32,000 bases of DNA from Massilicoli timonensis (GTDB lineage: Bacteria > Bacillota_I > Bacilli_A > Erysipelotrichales > Erysipelotrichaceae). The notes below the pieces were generated by a model. It was not told the origin of the DNA, made no database searches, and saw nothing but the letters and a program-made list of their open reading frames with translations. How positions within the stretch are numbered: position 1 is the stretch's first letter; each line of letters opens with the position of its first letter. The position numbers were made by a program, and so were the translations under genes. The stretch lies in NCBI RefSeq assembly GCF_900199515.1, contig NZ_LT963432.1, forward strand, positions 60,001-92,000, written 5' to 3'. Below are positions 1-9,932 of the stretch, in pieces.

Positions 1-926
1 ATGATACAGTCCGTACCATCTAAGATCGCATTGGCAACATCGCTTGCTTCGGCACGAGTCGGACGCGGATTGCTCTGCATGCTTTCCAGCATGTGCGTAG
101 CGGTAACGACCGGCTTCCCAACCCGATTGGCAGCCTTGATGATCGCCTTCTGATAGATCGGCACCAGTTCCAAAGAAACATCGACCCCGAGATCTCCGCG
201 GGCAACCATGACGCCATCCGATACTTCCAAGATCGCATCCAGATTGTCAAATCCTTCCTGATTCTCGATCTTCGGAATGATCTGAATGCCGTCTCGTTTT
301 TCTTCATGCAGGATCTTGCGGATCGCTAACACATCTTCCGGACGGCGGGTAAAAGAAGCCGCGATAAAATCGACATCCATCTTACAGCCGAAACGGATAT
401 CCGCTTCATCCTTTTCCGAGATGAACGGCATAGAAAGCTTGACATTTGGCAGGTTGCAGCCTTTGCGGCTCTTTAAGGTATGCGGATTTTCAACCCGGCA
501 TTTCAATACGCCGTCGCCTTTTTCCAAGATGGTAACGCGCATTTTTCCATCATCCATCAAGATCGCGCCGCCGACTTCTACATCATCAAAGATTTCCGGA
601 CACTGAATATGAAAACGCTCATGTGTTCCCAACACCTTTTCCCGGACGATCGTAACGATCTCGCCTTTTTCATAGTCCTCAGAACCGTTTTCAAAATCAC
701 CGAGGCGTACCTCCGGTCCTTTCGTATCCAATAAGATCGCAATGTTCTTGCCGGTCTTTTTAGATACCTCACGGATATTATGGATACGCTTTGCATGCTC
801 CTCATAATCCCCATGGGAAAAATTCAAACGAATGATATTCATTCCTGTATCTACTAATTTTTCCATCATTTCCATACTTTCAGACGCCGGTCCGATCGTA
901 CAGATAATTTTCGTCTTTCTTTCCAT
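1..926 (-). CDS. pyk: Pyruvate kinase, N-terminal ~308 codons; 3' end lies beyond the left window edge
   Basis: Absent from the ORF track because it is truncated. Manual reverse translation from the ATG at 926 gives [54 protein letters not shown]...[13 protein letters not shown]...[33 protein letters not shown]..., which are classic PK motifs. RBS aaggaagga lies upstream. It follows pfkA as in the Bacillus pfkA-pyk operon. Confidence 0.9.
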   Translation of the reverse strand, partial: MERKTKIICTIGPASESMEMMEKLVDTGMNIIRLNFSHGDYEEHAKRIHNIREVSKKTGKNIAILLDTKGPEVRLGDFENGSEDYEKGEIVTIVREKVLGTHERFHIQCPEIFDDVEVGGAILMDDGKMRVTILEKGDGVLKCRVENPHTLKSRKGCNLPNVKLSMPFISEKDEADIRFGCKMDVDFIAASFTRRPEDVLAIRKILHEEKRDGIQIIPKIENQEGFDNLDAILEVSDGVMVARGDLGVDVSLELVPIYQKAIIKAANRVGKPVVTATHMLESMQSNPRPTRAEASDVANAILDGTDCI

Positions 927-964
927 CAATTTCATTCCTTCCTTTATTTGTCGTTTGTATTGCT

Positions 965-1927
965 TTATACCAGCCGTTCAAACAGATTATACAACTGTTT
1001 GCGCGATTCTCTCGGTACGCTCAGCGCTTCTTCGATCGCCACATCGACGATCTCGTTTTGCTGGATGCAGACGCAGCGTCCGCCGATTCCCTGCATCAAC
1101 AGATCTACTGCCTTTTCTCCCATTCTGGAAGCGAGCACACGATCGGAAGGCGTAGGCGAGCCTCCGCGCTGAATGTGCCCCAAAATGGTGGCACGGCCGG
1201 AAAAACCGGTTGTTTGCGTGATCTTTCTGGCAAACTGATGCACATCGGTGATCTTTTCTGAGATCAAGACGATGGCATGGCGCTTTTTACGAACCAGATC
1301 GAGCTCTCTCAAACGTTCCAGCACTTCTTCTTCATCAAAGCCGGTCTGCGCCGTTACGACGATCTCCGCCCCACAGGCGATGCCTGCCCAAAGCGTTAGG
1401 TCGCCGCAGCGATTGCCCATGACTTCGACCACCGAACAACGATGATGCGAACTGGACGTATCGCGCAGCTTATCGACTGCCTCGACTACGGTATGAAGCG
1501 CTGTATCAAAGCCGATCGTATAATCGGTGCTGGTGATGTCATTGTCAATGGTACCCGGCAAGCCGATACAGTTGATGCCCATTTCCGTTAATGCCAGCGC
1601 ACCACGGTAAGAACCATCTCCGCCTATCACGACCACCGCTTCAATGCCGCGTTTCTTTAACTGTTCCACAGCCTTCTCCCGCACGCTTGGATCTTTGAAT
1701 TCCGGCAAGCGGGCAGAGCCGAGCACGGTGCCGCCGCGATCGATCACTTCTCCGACTTCCTTACGGGTCAACGGTTCGATATGTCCATCTACCATGCCTC
1801 GGTAGCCGTCATAGATGCCAAATACTTCAATGCCGCTGTTTAAGGCCACTCTGGTAACGGCGCGGATCGCCGCATTCATGCCCGGTGCGTCACCGCCGGA
1901 AGTCAGAACACCGATTCTTTTTATCAT
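965..1927 (-). CDS. pfkA: ATP-dependent 6-phosphofructokinase
   Basis: [24 protein letters not shown]...GGDGSYRGA...PGTIDNDI...MGNRCGDL are PfkA hallmarks. Start trimmed to the ATG at 1927, which has GGAGGTG 8 nt upstream; the track start at 1942 lies inside that RBS. Confidence 0.93.
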   Translation of the reverse strand: MIKRIGVLTSGGDAPGMNAAIRAVTRVALNSGIEVFGIYDGYRGMVDGHIEPLTRKEVGEVIDRGGTVLGSARLPEFKDPSVREKAVEQLKKRGIEAVVVIGGDGSYRGALALTEMGINCIGLPGTIDNDITSTDYTIGFDTALHTVVEAVDKLRDTSSSHHRCSVVEVMGNRCGDLTLWAGIACGAEIVVTAQTGFDEEEVLERLRELDLVRKKRHAIVLISEKITDVHQFARKITQTTGFSGRATILGHIQRGGSPTPSDRVLASRMGEKAVDLLMQGIGGRCVCIQQNEIVDVAIEEALSVPRESRKQLYNLFERLV

Positions 1928-1979
1928 AAAAAGCACCTCCAATTCCGTGTCTTATTCTAACACTATTCTGATTATTTTT

Positions 1980-2891
1980 CTACCTTCTGCTGCTGCCTTT
2001 TACAAAAATTTCACATGATAAGGCTTTCACTCTTTCCAAAAAGCGCAGTGCATTCATTTCTTCCTCGATTCCCGAAGCATATTGATACTGCCGCTGCAGA
2101 TCGCCGTACTGATAATTGCTCGTAAAGCACGTAAACAAGCCTGCTTCCATGCGTGCATCCAAAAGCGGCAGCAGGATTTCATCACGGCTCCATTTGGTAA
2201 TGTTCTCCCCGCCCAGATCATCCAGCACCAGCACCGGCACCCGCATGAGCAGCTCCATTCTTTTGGCGATCGCATCACTGTCCCCAAACATGCCTTTCAG
2301 ATCTTGGATCAGTCTGACGACATTCACAAAAGCGACCTTTTGTCCCTGCTTGGCAAAATGATTGGCGATGCCTGCCGCCAAATAGGTTTTCCCCACGCCC
2401 GGCTTGCCATACAGATAAACGCCTTTCTGCTTTTTGAAGGCGGAAAGCACAACCTGCTTTAACATCGTCTTATAGTCGTTGCTCTCCTTGGAAACATCCA
2501 GCGTTTCCAAATTGATGAGCAGCTGTGCTTCACTCAGATCACAATAGCGATAGTTTTGCAAATGTGCCAGCTCCTGCATCTTCTTGCGCATGTAGCGGCA
2601 TGGTGTTAGCTGCTCAAGCAGTACCTGTTCAAAAGTGAGATCCAGCACATAGCCTTTCTTTGCATAAGCGCACTGATGCAGGCCCTGACAGCTTTGACAC
2701 GTTTCATAACGCGTTAAGAGCTGTTCCATCTTTACGCTGTGCTCCCATAAGAAATGTTCATCACAGCGGTTTCGCTTCAGCCATTGCCGCATCGTTTCAC
2801 TGTTTTTTAGTTTCTCAAAGCGCTTTTGCCGTTGTTCTTCCTGTTCCTTTGTCAAAGGAAAATTAAACTGTACCTGTTCCATCTCATTCAC
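1980..2891 (-). CDS. dnaI: Primosomal helicase loader DnaI (DnaC/DnaI AAA+ family)
   Basis: Cys-rich N-terminal domain (CQSCQGLHQC), Walker A GKPGVGKTYLAAGIAN, Walker B VLVLDDLG. Lies immediately downstream of the dnaB-type gene with an 8-nt overlap. Confidence 0.8.
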   Translation of the reverse strand: MNEMEQVQFNFPLTKEQEEQRQKRFEKLKNSETMRQWLKRNRCDEHFLWEHSVKMEQLLTRYETCQSCQGLHQCAYAKKGYVLDLTFEQVLLEQLTPCRYMRKKMQELAHLQNYRYCDLSEAQLLINLETLDVSKESNDYKTMLKQVVLSAFKKQKGVYLYGKPGVGKTYLAAGIANHFAKQGQKVAFVNVVRLIQDLKGMFGDSDAIAKRMELLMRVPVLVLDDLGGENITKWSRDEILLPLLDARMEAGLFTCFTSNYQYGDLQRQYQYASGIEEEMNALRFLERVKALSCEIFVKGSSRR

Positions 2892-4011
2892 CGCCTAACG
2901 AAGCAAGCAGTTCTTTGATCTCTTCATCGCTCACCACTTCTTCCCCATCTGTCGTTTCCTCATAATACCAGCTTGGAAGTGGTTTATCCTGCTTGCTCTT
3001 TGTTTCTTTTGTTTCTTTTCGCACCGCCGCTCTGGCTGCGTCCACAGTGTCGATCTGATTGCGTTTCCAGCTGGACGCTACTTTATATACATAGCGATCG
3101 ATCAATTTATTATCACAATTTGCCAAGGCATATTCCAATAAGAAATTGATCAGTTCATAAGAAAAGTGATACTGCGAAAGCAGCCGCTCGATTAACCGCT
3201 TTTCCTCTTCATTCACCGGCACATCCGGAAACAGCTGCTTCAGATAAGTGATCGGATGCTGCTGATAAGAAGAAACTGCCGTCATTTCACGCGGTTCTAT
3301 GTGGGTTACATAATAGCGCAGTTTTGCTTCATCTAACGTTGCGTTTTTCATATCGTAAGCCTTTGCGACCCATTTTTTCATCTCATTGGCATGGATTCCA
3401 TAATTCAGCGCCAGTTGTCCGATCAGCGCCAGATTATCCCTTGTACGGGCGATCTTAGGAAACAGCAGCTCGGATATTTGTAAAAAAGTCTGATAGTCAA
3501 ATCCCTGCGGCATTTGTATATCCGGCTTATGGGCTTGGTAGTGCTGCTCGCTCGCATCGCTCCATTCTGCCATCGTTTCTTGAAAAGGCGCACTGATCGC
3601 CAAATAACCCTTTGCGGGCGGCTTTCTTTCAAAACGCGTGCACATTTCATCAAAGCGCTGTTTGCCGAAACGGCTCAAATACCATCTGCCGAAGATCTCA
3701 TGGCGTAAAAAGACATCGCCGGCAAGTGGTTCCTGCAATTTCCAAAGATAAGTGCGATTGCTCTCCCGATAATATGTTTTTAATAAGCCATAACGCTCTA
3801 ATTGCCGGCGGTTTTCCTCCAAACGGCCGATCGAACAGCCTAAAAGCACACAAAGTCCTTCATGATCGCTTTCTTCATATACCATCGCCACCGTATAAAG
3901 CGCCAGCGCTTCTTTGCCCATGCAGGGCAGATACAGGAAAGCGAGCTCCGCTGTCCGCGTGAAAAAGGATCCCTGCTTTTCAATCATGATGCGATCTTCT
4001 TTCCTAAGCAT
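2884..4011 (-). CDS. dnaB: Replication initiation/membrane attachment protein, Bacillus DnaB type (DnaD-like domains; not the replicative helicase)
   Basis: C-terminal DnaB_2/DnaD-like segment YHFSYELINFLLEYALANCDNKLIDRYVYKVASSWKRNQIDTVDAA. Position upstream of dnaI. RBS AAGGAG 7 nt before the ATG at 4011. Confidence 0.7.
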   Translation of the reverse strand: MLRKEDRIMIEKQGSFFTRTAELAFLYLPCMGKEALALYTVAMVYEESDHEGLCVLLGCSIGRLEENRRQLERYGLLKTYYRESNRTYLWKLQEPLAGDVFLRHEIFGRWYLSRFGKQRFDEMCTRFERKPPAKGYLAISAPFQETMAEWSDASEQHYQAHKPDIQMPQGFDYQTFLQISELLFPKIARTRDNLALIGQLALNYGIHANEMKKWVAKAYDMKNATLDEAKLRYYVTHIEPREMTAVSSYQQHPITYLKQLFPDVPVNEEEKRLIERLLSQYHFSYELINFLLEYALANCDNKLIDRYVYKVASSWKRNQIDTVDAARAAVRKETKETKSKQDKPLPSWYYEETTDGEEVVSDEEIKELLASLGGE

Positions 4012-4022
4012 GTTCTCACTCC

Positions 4023-4607
4023 TTATCTTTCTTCATTTCTGTGCAAAGCACGTAAAATCTGTGCTTTTAGCGCTTCCCTGCTGCCGTCGTTTACCAATAC
4101 GACATCGCTGCGCTTACATTTTTCTTCCTGCGGCATTTGATGGCGCAAGCGTTTCAGCGCTTCTTCCCGCGAGATGTTTCGCCCTGTCTGCAGCCGCTGC
4201 AATAACAGCTCCCGGGGACAGCACACACACCAGATTTCATCAAAATACGCTTCCCAGTGAATCTCGAATAATAAAGGCACTTCCACGACCGCCACCGCAC
4301 CGTCATACGCTGCCAGTTGTTTTTCGATCTCCTTTTTGATCAGCGGATGCATGATCGCTTCCAGCTTTTTTCGTTTTTGTTCATCATGAAAAACCACCGC
4401 ACTCAGCAAGCGATGATCGATCTTTCCCTGAGCATCGCTGATCTTGTCAAAAGCGCGCATGACCTGTCGATAGCCTTCTTCACCGGGAAGCAGCAGCTTC
4501 GCATTGATTTCATCACAATCCAGCACATAAATGCCCAGCTCCTTTAAGATCTTGGTAACACTGGATTTGCCTGCCCCCATCACGCCGCTTAAACCGATCG
4601 TTTTCAT
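4023..4607 (-). CDS. coaE: Dephospho-CoA kinase
   Basis: MKTIGLSGVMGAGKSSV P-loop at the N-terminus and typical length (194 aa). The start ATG overlaps the mutM stop (ATGA at 4604-4607); the track start at 4622 is an extension. Confidence 0.9.
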   Translation of the reverse strand: MKTIGLSGVMGAGKSSVTKILKELGIYVLDCDEINAKLLLPGEEGYRQVMRAFDKISDAQGKIDHRLLSAVVFHDEQKRKKLEAIMHPLIKKEIEKQLAAYDGAVAVVEVPLLFEIHWEAYFDEIWCVCCPRELLLQRLQTGRNISREEALKRLRHQMPQEEKCKRSDVVLVNDGSREALKAQILRALHRNEER

Positions 4608-5434
4608 CTTCGCTTCTGGCACTTTTTACAATAATATGTGCCTCTTCCTCCTACACTGGTCTTTTCAATGATCCCATCGCATCGCACACAGCGATCCCCC
4701 TTTTTCATATGTACCTTTAGCTGTAGCTGAAATCTGCCGTCTACCCCAAGCGAAGAAGTATAAGAGCGAATCGTCGTGCCGCCGCTGTTGATCGCGCCCT
4801 GCAAGATCCGCCGCATCTCTTTGATCCAGCTCGCAAAGTCATATTTGCGTAAATGCGACACTTTGCTTCTTGGATCATAGCCAAGCGCAAAGCAGATCTC
4901 ATCGGCATAGATATTGCCGACCCCGGCCACGACGCTTTGATCTAACAGCGCCTGCTTCAAGGTAATGCTGCGGGAATGAAACGCCTTCCATAAATATTCT
5001 GTCGTAACCCGCTCATCAAAGGCATCATAGCCGACATTTGCCATACAAGGATATGTGTATGGATCGCTCTGCTTAGGATACAGATACATCCGCCCGAATT
5101 TACGGGTATCATGATAGCGTACGACTCTGCCATCACGCAGGTAAAACTGCACATGCACATGCTTTCGATCATAAGGATCACTTGGCTGCTGCACATAATA
5201 TTTCCCCTCCATGCGCAAATGAGAAATGAGCATCTGATCCTCTAATTCCAATAATAAATATTTGCCGATGCGTGAAAAGCCGGTAAATCTTTTTCCTACA
5301 AGCGTCTGTTCAAACACCAAGCGATCCGTTGCGATCGTCTTGGCATAAGGCATTTCCACCTTTACGATCTCCGCTCCCTTAAGCAAATGCTCCAGGGTAC
5401 GGCAGACCGTTTCGACTTCTGGTAATTCCGGCAT
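4604..5434 (-). CDS. mutM: Formamidopyrimidine-DNA glycosylase
   Basis: MPELPEVETV N-terminus (catalytic Pro2 must follow the initiator Met) and C-terminal zinc finger CVRCDGIIEKTSVGGRGTYYCKKCQ. The track start at 5506 is a 24-codon extension into polA. Confidence 0.92.
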   Translation of the reverse strand: MPELPEVETVCRTLEHLLKGAEIVKVEMPYAKTIATDRLVFEQTLVGKRFTGFSRIGKYLLLELEDQMLISHLRMEGKYYVQQPSDPYDRKHVHVQFYLRDGRVVRYHDTRKFGRMYLYPKQSDPYTYPCMANVGYDAFDERVTTEYLWKAFHSRSITLKQALLDQSVVAGVGNIYADEICFALGYDPRSKVSHLRKYDFASWIKEMRRILQGAINSGGTTIRSYTSSLGVDGRFQLQLKVHMKKGDRCVRCDGIIEKTSVGGRGTYYCKKCQKRR

Positions 5435-5435
5435 C

Positions 5436-8021
5436 TTACTTCGCCTCGTACCAGGAAGAACCGTAGTCGATCGACGCCACCAATGGAACAGATAACTGCA
5501 TCGCATGCTCCATGCGTTCCTTTACCAGCTCCAGCATTTCCTCCAGTTCTTCTTTCACTACATCGAAAATCAGTTCATCATGCACTTGTAGGATCATCTT
5601 TGATTGCAGCTTGCGCTTTTTCATTTCATGAAATACATCGATCATCGCGATCTTGATCAAATCAGCGGCGCTTCCCTGAATCGGGGCATTCATCGCTGCC
5701 CGCTTGCCAAATTCTCTTACCATATAATTCTTTTCCCTGATCTCCTGGATGATACGGCGGCGATGCAGCAGCGTTTCCACATAGCCGTTTTTTTCACAGA
5801 AGGCAATCGTTCGATCCATGAAAGCATGGATGCCCGGATAAGATGCGAAATAACGATCCATAAAAGTCTTGGCTTCCGCTCTGGTAATGTTTAACTGCTG
5901 TGCAAGGCCAAATTCCGACTGCCCGTAAACGATGCCGAAATTGACCGTCTTAGCGCTTCTTCGCATTTGCGGCGTTACTTCCTCTTGTGCTACATCAAAG
6001 ATCTGCATCGCGGTCTTGGTATGAATATCGACGCCATGATTGTAAGCATCGATCATCTCTTGCTCCTCAGCCATATGAGCAAGCATGCGCAGTTCGATCT
6101 GGCTGTAATCCGCCGCCAACAGCACGCATCCCTCACTTGCCACGAACGCTTTGCGCACTTCTCTGCTTTCTTCATCTCTTACGCTGATGTTTTGTAAATT
6201 CGGATCAGAGGAGGACAAACGCCCTGTTTGGGTCAGCGTCTGATGGAAGATCGTATGGATCTTGCCGTCAGCCTGCACATGTTTTGCCAAAGCGACCGCA
6301 TAGGTCGAATACAGCTTTTGATATTTGCGATGCTCCATCAAAAGCGGCACGACCGGGTGCGCATGCGTCAGCTTTTCTAAGACATCAATGGCAGTGCTGC
6401 GTTTTTTGCTTGCTTTTAAGCCCAGTTCATCAAACAATACGATGGCCAGCTGCTTCGGTGAATTCAAATTGAATTCATGTCCGACACACGCATAAATAGA
6501 AGCGCTAATCTCTTCGATCTTTTTCGCGGTGCGCGCCTCGATTTCACTTAATACCTGCAAGTCCGTGGCAACACCGTTTCGCTCCATCTCATAAAGCACC
6601 TTTACCAGCGGCATTTCCACTTCTTCAAACAGTTTCCACATATTCGTTTCTTTTAACTGCCGCACCAGATCTTCATATAGCGGGATCATACCGGCCAGCT
6701 GCTGCGACACATATTCGACCCGCAGCGATTCATCTGCTAACTTCGGTTTTCCCTCTTTTCCATAAATCTCTTCCATATTCAATGCCTTGCGGATCCCATA
6801 ATGATTGGCAAAGCGTTCATAATCGATCAGCGTACCGTCAAGCAAAAACGCCGCGATATGATAGTCAAAAGAAAGCTGTTCGATCGCGATGCCATATCGT
6901 GCAAACATATGATAAGCCTGTTTGCAGTCATAGGTGCATTTAGGAAGAGGCCCTTTCAGATATGCAAGCGCCGCTTCATCACGCAAAAGATCTTCCATCG
7001 CAATGTATTCCATCTTTTCCTCATTGCCGATCGCCATGCCGAAGCACTGTTTCAGCCACAGTGATTCATTGTCCACATCCAGAAAGAAAGAGGTGCGTCC
7101 CTGCAACAGCTCCGTATCGATCTTTTGGACCACCTGACACGACACCGCTTCTACCTTGCGCAGTTTCTTTCCGCTTTTATGTGCAAAAGAGCGCATTTCA
7201 TATTTCTGATAAAAATCCTGCACTTCTTCCCGATAGCCTTCATAGCGCAGCTCCTCCAAGGAAAAAGGCAGTTTTTGATCGGTTACGATGGTCGCCAGAT
7301 GCTTGGATAAAAACGCGCTTTCTTTTCCATCTTCCAGTTTTTCCTTGATCTTCCCTTTGATCTCATCTAAGTGCGCATAGACGCCTTCCACGCTTTCATA
7401 AGCGTGCAATAGCTTCAACGCGGTCTTTTCTCCGACCCCTTTGATCCCGGGAATATTATCGGAAGCATCTCCCATCAACCCTTTCAGGTCGATGATCTGC
7501 ATCGGCTTCAGACCGTAAAGCTCTTCCATCTTCGCTTCATCGACGATCATCATATCACTGATGCCTTTTTTCATCAGATAGACATCCGTGGTCGCATCGA
7601 CCAGCTGCAATAAATCGCGATCGCTCGATAAGATATGCACCTGCATATCCGGATAGCGTTTCGCACTGCATCCGATGATATCATCTGCTTCTAATGCATC
7701 GCATTCATAGCGATACAGTCCACACGCATCTAAAAATTCTCTGGCAATCGGAAACTGTACGATCAGATCTTCATCCAGTTCTTTGCGCGTTCCTTTATAA
7801 TCCGCATACTCTTTATGACGAAACGTCTGTTTGCCGGCATCCCAAGCTACCAGCACATAATCCGGATCGATCTGATCCAGCGCCTTGTTTACCATATTGA
7901 TAAATGCGAATACCGCATTGGTAGCAATCCCATTTGATGTGCGCATCATACGTCCATAAACGGTCGCATAATAAGCGCGAAATAACAAAGAATTCCCATC
8001 GATCAACAACAACTGCTTCAT
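5436..8021 (-). CDS. polA: DNA polymerase I
   Basis: 861 aa. 5' nuclease domain (LLLIDGNSLLFRAYYA...GIKGVGEKTA) and pol A motifs (DYSQIELRMLAH, RRSAKTVNFGIVYG, QVHDELIF). RBS GGAGGAA lies before the ATG at 8021. Confidence 0.95.
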   Translation of the reverse strand: MKQLLLIDGNSLLFRAYYATVYGRMMRTSNGIATNAVFAFINMVNKALDQIDPDYVLVAWDAGKQTFRHKEYADYKGTRKELDEDLIVQFPIAREFLDACGLYRYECDALEADDIIGCSAKRYPDMQVHILSSDRDLLQLVDATTDVYLMKKGISDMMIVDEAKMEELYGLKPMQIIDLKGLMGDASDNIPGIKGVGEKTALKLLHAYESVEGVYAHLDEIKGKIKEKLEDGKESAFLSKHLATIVTDQKLPFSLEELRYEGYREEVQDFYQKYEMRSFAHKSGKKLRKVEAVSCQVVQKIDTELLQGRTSFFLDVDNESLWLKQCFGMAIGNEEKMEYIAMEDLLRDEAALAYLKGPLPKCTYDCKQAYHMFARYGIAIEQLSFDYHIAAFLLDGTLIDYERFANHYGIRKALNMEEIYGKEGKPKLADESLRVEYVSQQLAGMIPLYEDLVRQLKETNMWKLFEEVEMPLVKVLYEMERNGVATDLQVLSEIEARTAKKIEEISASIYACVGHEFNLNSPKQLAIVLFDELGLKASKKRSTAIDVLEKLTHAHPVVPLLMEHRKYQKLYSTYAVALAKHVQADGKIHTIFHQTLTQTGRLSSSDPNLQNISVRDEESREVRKAFVASEGCVLLAADYSQIELRMLAHMAEEQEMIDAYNHGVDIHTKTAMQIFDVAQEEVTPQMRRSAKTVNFGIVYGQSEFGLAQQLNITRAEAKTFMDRYFASYPGIHAFMDRTIAFCEKNGYVETLLHRRRIIQEIREKNYMVREFGKRAAMNAPIQGSAADLIKIAMIDVFHEMKKRKLQSKMILQVHDELIFDVVKEELEEMLELVKERMEHAMQLSVPLVASIDYGSSWYEAK

Positions 8022-8082
8022 CTTGTTTCCTCCTGCCTTTTCTGCTTATCTTCTCTCAATCTCACTGATTCTGATCAGTATT

Positions 8083-8111
8083 AGTATAACCGATTTACGC
8101 TGCACTAGCAA
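8083..8111 (-). promoter_or_regulatory. Putative sigma-A promoter for polA
   Basis: On the minus strand TTGCTA (8111-8106), 17 bp spacer, TATACT (8088-8083), about 60 nt upstream of the polA ATG. Confidence 0.4.
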
Positions 8112-8138
8112 ATAGAACTCGCTGTGATCCACGTACAT

Positions 8139-8165
8139 GAAAAAACAGAAGGGAGCGCCCTTCCA
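8139..8165 (-). terminator. Rho-independent terminator after the TroA-like lipoprotein gene
   Basis: Minus-strand read GAAGGGcgctCCCTTC followed by TGTTTTTT, directly after the stop at 8172. Confidence 0.6.
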
Positions 8166-8171
8166 TTTTCA

Positions 8172-9134
8172 TTATTCTCCGTTATTCAGTGCGTTCAACG
8201 CATCCAGATTCTCATACATCAGCGTTAAATATGTCTTATTTGCTTCCTGCTGCTCCTTGCTCAAAGAAGAAATATTGCTTAAATCGACCCTTGTAAGTCC
8301 CAATTCGCTTTTCAGTTCATCAAAGAGCGCGACCATATCCTTTGGCATGTTCGCTTCATAAGCGATATAGCGCACCCCATCATCCTTGATCCTTTGCTTA
8401 ATGACTTCTAGCTGCACCTCATTAGGCAATGCGCCAAAACGGGATAACGACACCGGATAGACCCCGATGCCATATGGCTTTTGCCAATAGCCAAAGCTTG
8501 GCGTCATGGTCACGATCTTGATCGAGCCGGCTGCACTGACTTCCTGAAACTCACTGTCGATGAGCGCCAGTTCATACTGCAAAGCAGCATAGTTTTCTTC
8601 AAACACTTTCGTGTATTCCGGAAACTGTGCCACCAGATAGTCTTTGATCGTACTGCCCATCGAGCTCATTGCCATCGGATCCAGCCAGATATTAGGATCA
8701 TGATCATACTGATCGACATAACGGAACGCATCGCTTTGATAATAGGCACTTTCCGTATAAACCCGATTCCCGTCTAACAGCGCCGAAGTATAACGCTGAA
8801 AGCGGTAAACGGCGGAACGGGTGCCCAAATCGACCATATTTACTTTAGAATCACGAATATCCTCGCGATAAATATCCATATACGGCTCTAACCCGCCAAT
8901 ATAAAACAAAGCGTCCGCATCCTCCAGCTGCTCTTTGAAATCACTTTTGATCGAAGCCCGCTGGATCATCGTATTCTCACTGATATTGCATACATCCACA
9001 TAATCGGCGCCGATATGTTCTACCAAAAAGGTTACCGGATAACTGGTCGTACAGATCTTTGGCGTTGACGGACTGCACGCCGTAAGCATGCTCATCATCA
9101 ACATGCAGCAAAGACACAGTACCTTTTTCTTCAT
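8172..9134 (-). CDS. TroA/ZnuA-like (cluster A-I) solute-binding lipoprotein with a degenerate metal site
   Basis: Signal peptide plus lipobox MSMLTAC. Family anchors ADALFYIGGLEP, DPNIWLDP, IKIVTMTPSFGYWQKPYGI. RBS GGGAGG 8 nt before the ATG. Only 21 nt after the M50 gene, with no terminator between them. Confidence 0.7.
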   Translation of the reverse strand: MKKKVLCLCCMLMMSMLTACSPSTPKICTTSYPVTFLVEHIGADYVDVCNISENTMIQRASIKSDFKEQLEDADALFYIGGLEPYMDIYREDIRDSKVNMVDLGTRSAVYRFQRYTSALLDGNRVYTESAYYQSDAFRYVDQYDHDPNIWLDPMAMSSMGSTIKDYLVAQFPEYTKVFEENYAALQYELALIDSEFQEVSAAGSIKIVTMTPSFGYWQKPYGIGVYPVSLSRFGALPNEVQLEVIKQRIKDDGVRYIAYEANMPKDMVALFDELKSELGLTRVDLSNISSLSKEQQEANKTYLTLMYENLDALNALNNGE

Positions 9135-9155
9135 AGCATCAGCCTCCCATCAGCA

Positions 9156-9932
9156 TTATAACATAATTTGATGAGATTGTTTACGCTTTTTCAAATCCTC
9201 CTTTTCAAAGTAGCGTCTGATCCACGCTTTCTCTTGCATCCATTCTTTTTCAAAACGGATCACATTGTAAAAGGCTCTAAAGCAGTCTTGAAAAGGATGC
9301 TTCAGCCGGATGCGTTTAGGTGCTGACAGATAGCGGTAATAATAAAATTGTTCCTTTTCCCTTTTGATAAACAAACAGGAAAGCAGCTGCTGAAACAGTA
9401 AAAAAAGCAGGACGATCTGAAAGGAGAGAACAGCTGTTTCATGAAACAAATATAGAACCAGCGAGACAGACAGCGCATAGCTCACCCATAATCCGCAGCA
9501 ATACGGCAAAAACAGATGCAGAAAATTCAATAAGATCCGTCCTCCGTCCAATGGATAGATCGGCAGCAGGTTAAAGAGCAGGACGCTTTGATTCAGCTGT
9601 TCTAAATAATTCGCATACGTAATCGAAATCAGATCGAATTTTACCAAAACAATGAGCAGAAAAGGAACAACCAAATGGACGCAGGGTCCCGCTAAAAGGA
9701 TCAGTGTTTCCCGCCACAGCGAGCCATGCCCCAAATGCAGGATCGACGCCCCGAAGCCGAAAGGATAAAGAACGACCTGCGGCACTTCATAGTGAAATGC
9801 CTTGGCAGCCATCATATGCGCGCTTTCATGAAGCGACAGCACTAGCAATAAGAATAAGGCGCTTTTCCACATATTGCTTGCCAGCATCAGTATTCCATAA
9901 GGAAGCCACCACCATGAGATCCGGATTTTCAC
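9156..9932 (-). CDS. M50 family intramembrane zinc metalloprotease (site-2 protease, SpoIVFB-like)
   Basis: Polytopic membrane protein with HESAH (HExxH) in a TM segment and a second motif NLLPIYPLDGGRIL. ATGA overlap with the upstream LytM-like gene. Position matches spoIVFB in the Bacillus minCD-spoIVFAB layout. Confidence 0.75.
   Translation of the reverse strand: MKIRISWWWLPYGILMLASNMWKSALFLLLVLSLHESAHMMAAKAFHYEVPQVVLYPFGFGASILHLGHGSLWRETLILLAGPCVHLVVPFLLIVLVKFDLISITYANYLEQLNQSVLLFNLLPIYPLDGGRILLNFLHLFLPYCCGLWVSYALSVSLVLYLFHETAVLSFQIVLLFLLFQQLLSCLFIKREKEQFYYYRYLSAPKRIRLKHPFQDCFRAFYNVIRFEKEWMQEKAWIRRYFEKEDLKKRKQSHQIML

Noticed and set aside
3612-4339. Antisense ORFs of 116, 92 and 141 aa opposite dnaB and coaE
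   Set aside because: The reasoning is the same as for the minC/minD antisense ORFs. The translations are biased and proline/arginine-rich, no translation signals are present, and the sense-strand genes have clear family motifs.
5436-5506. Track start of the mutM ORF at 5506, giving a 24-codon N-terminal extension
   Set aside because: Fpg requires Pro2 as the N-terminal nucleophile after Met removal. MPELPEV starts at 5434, and the extension lies entirely within the 3' end of polA.
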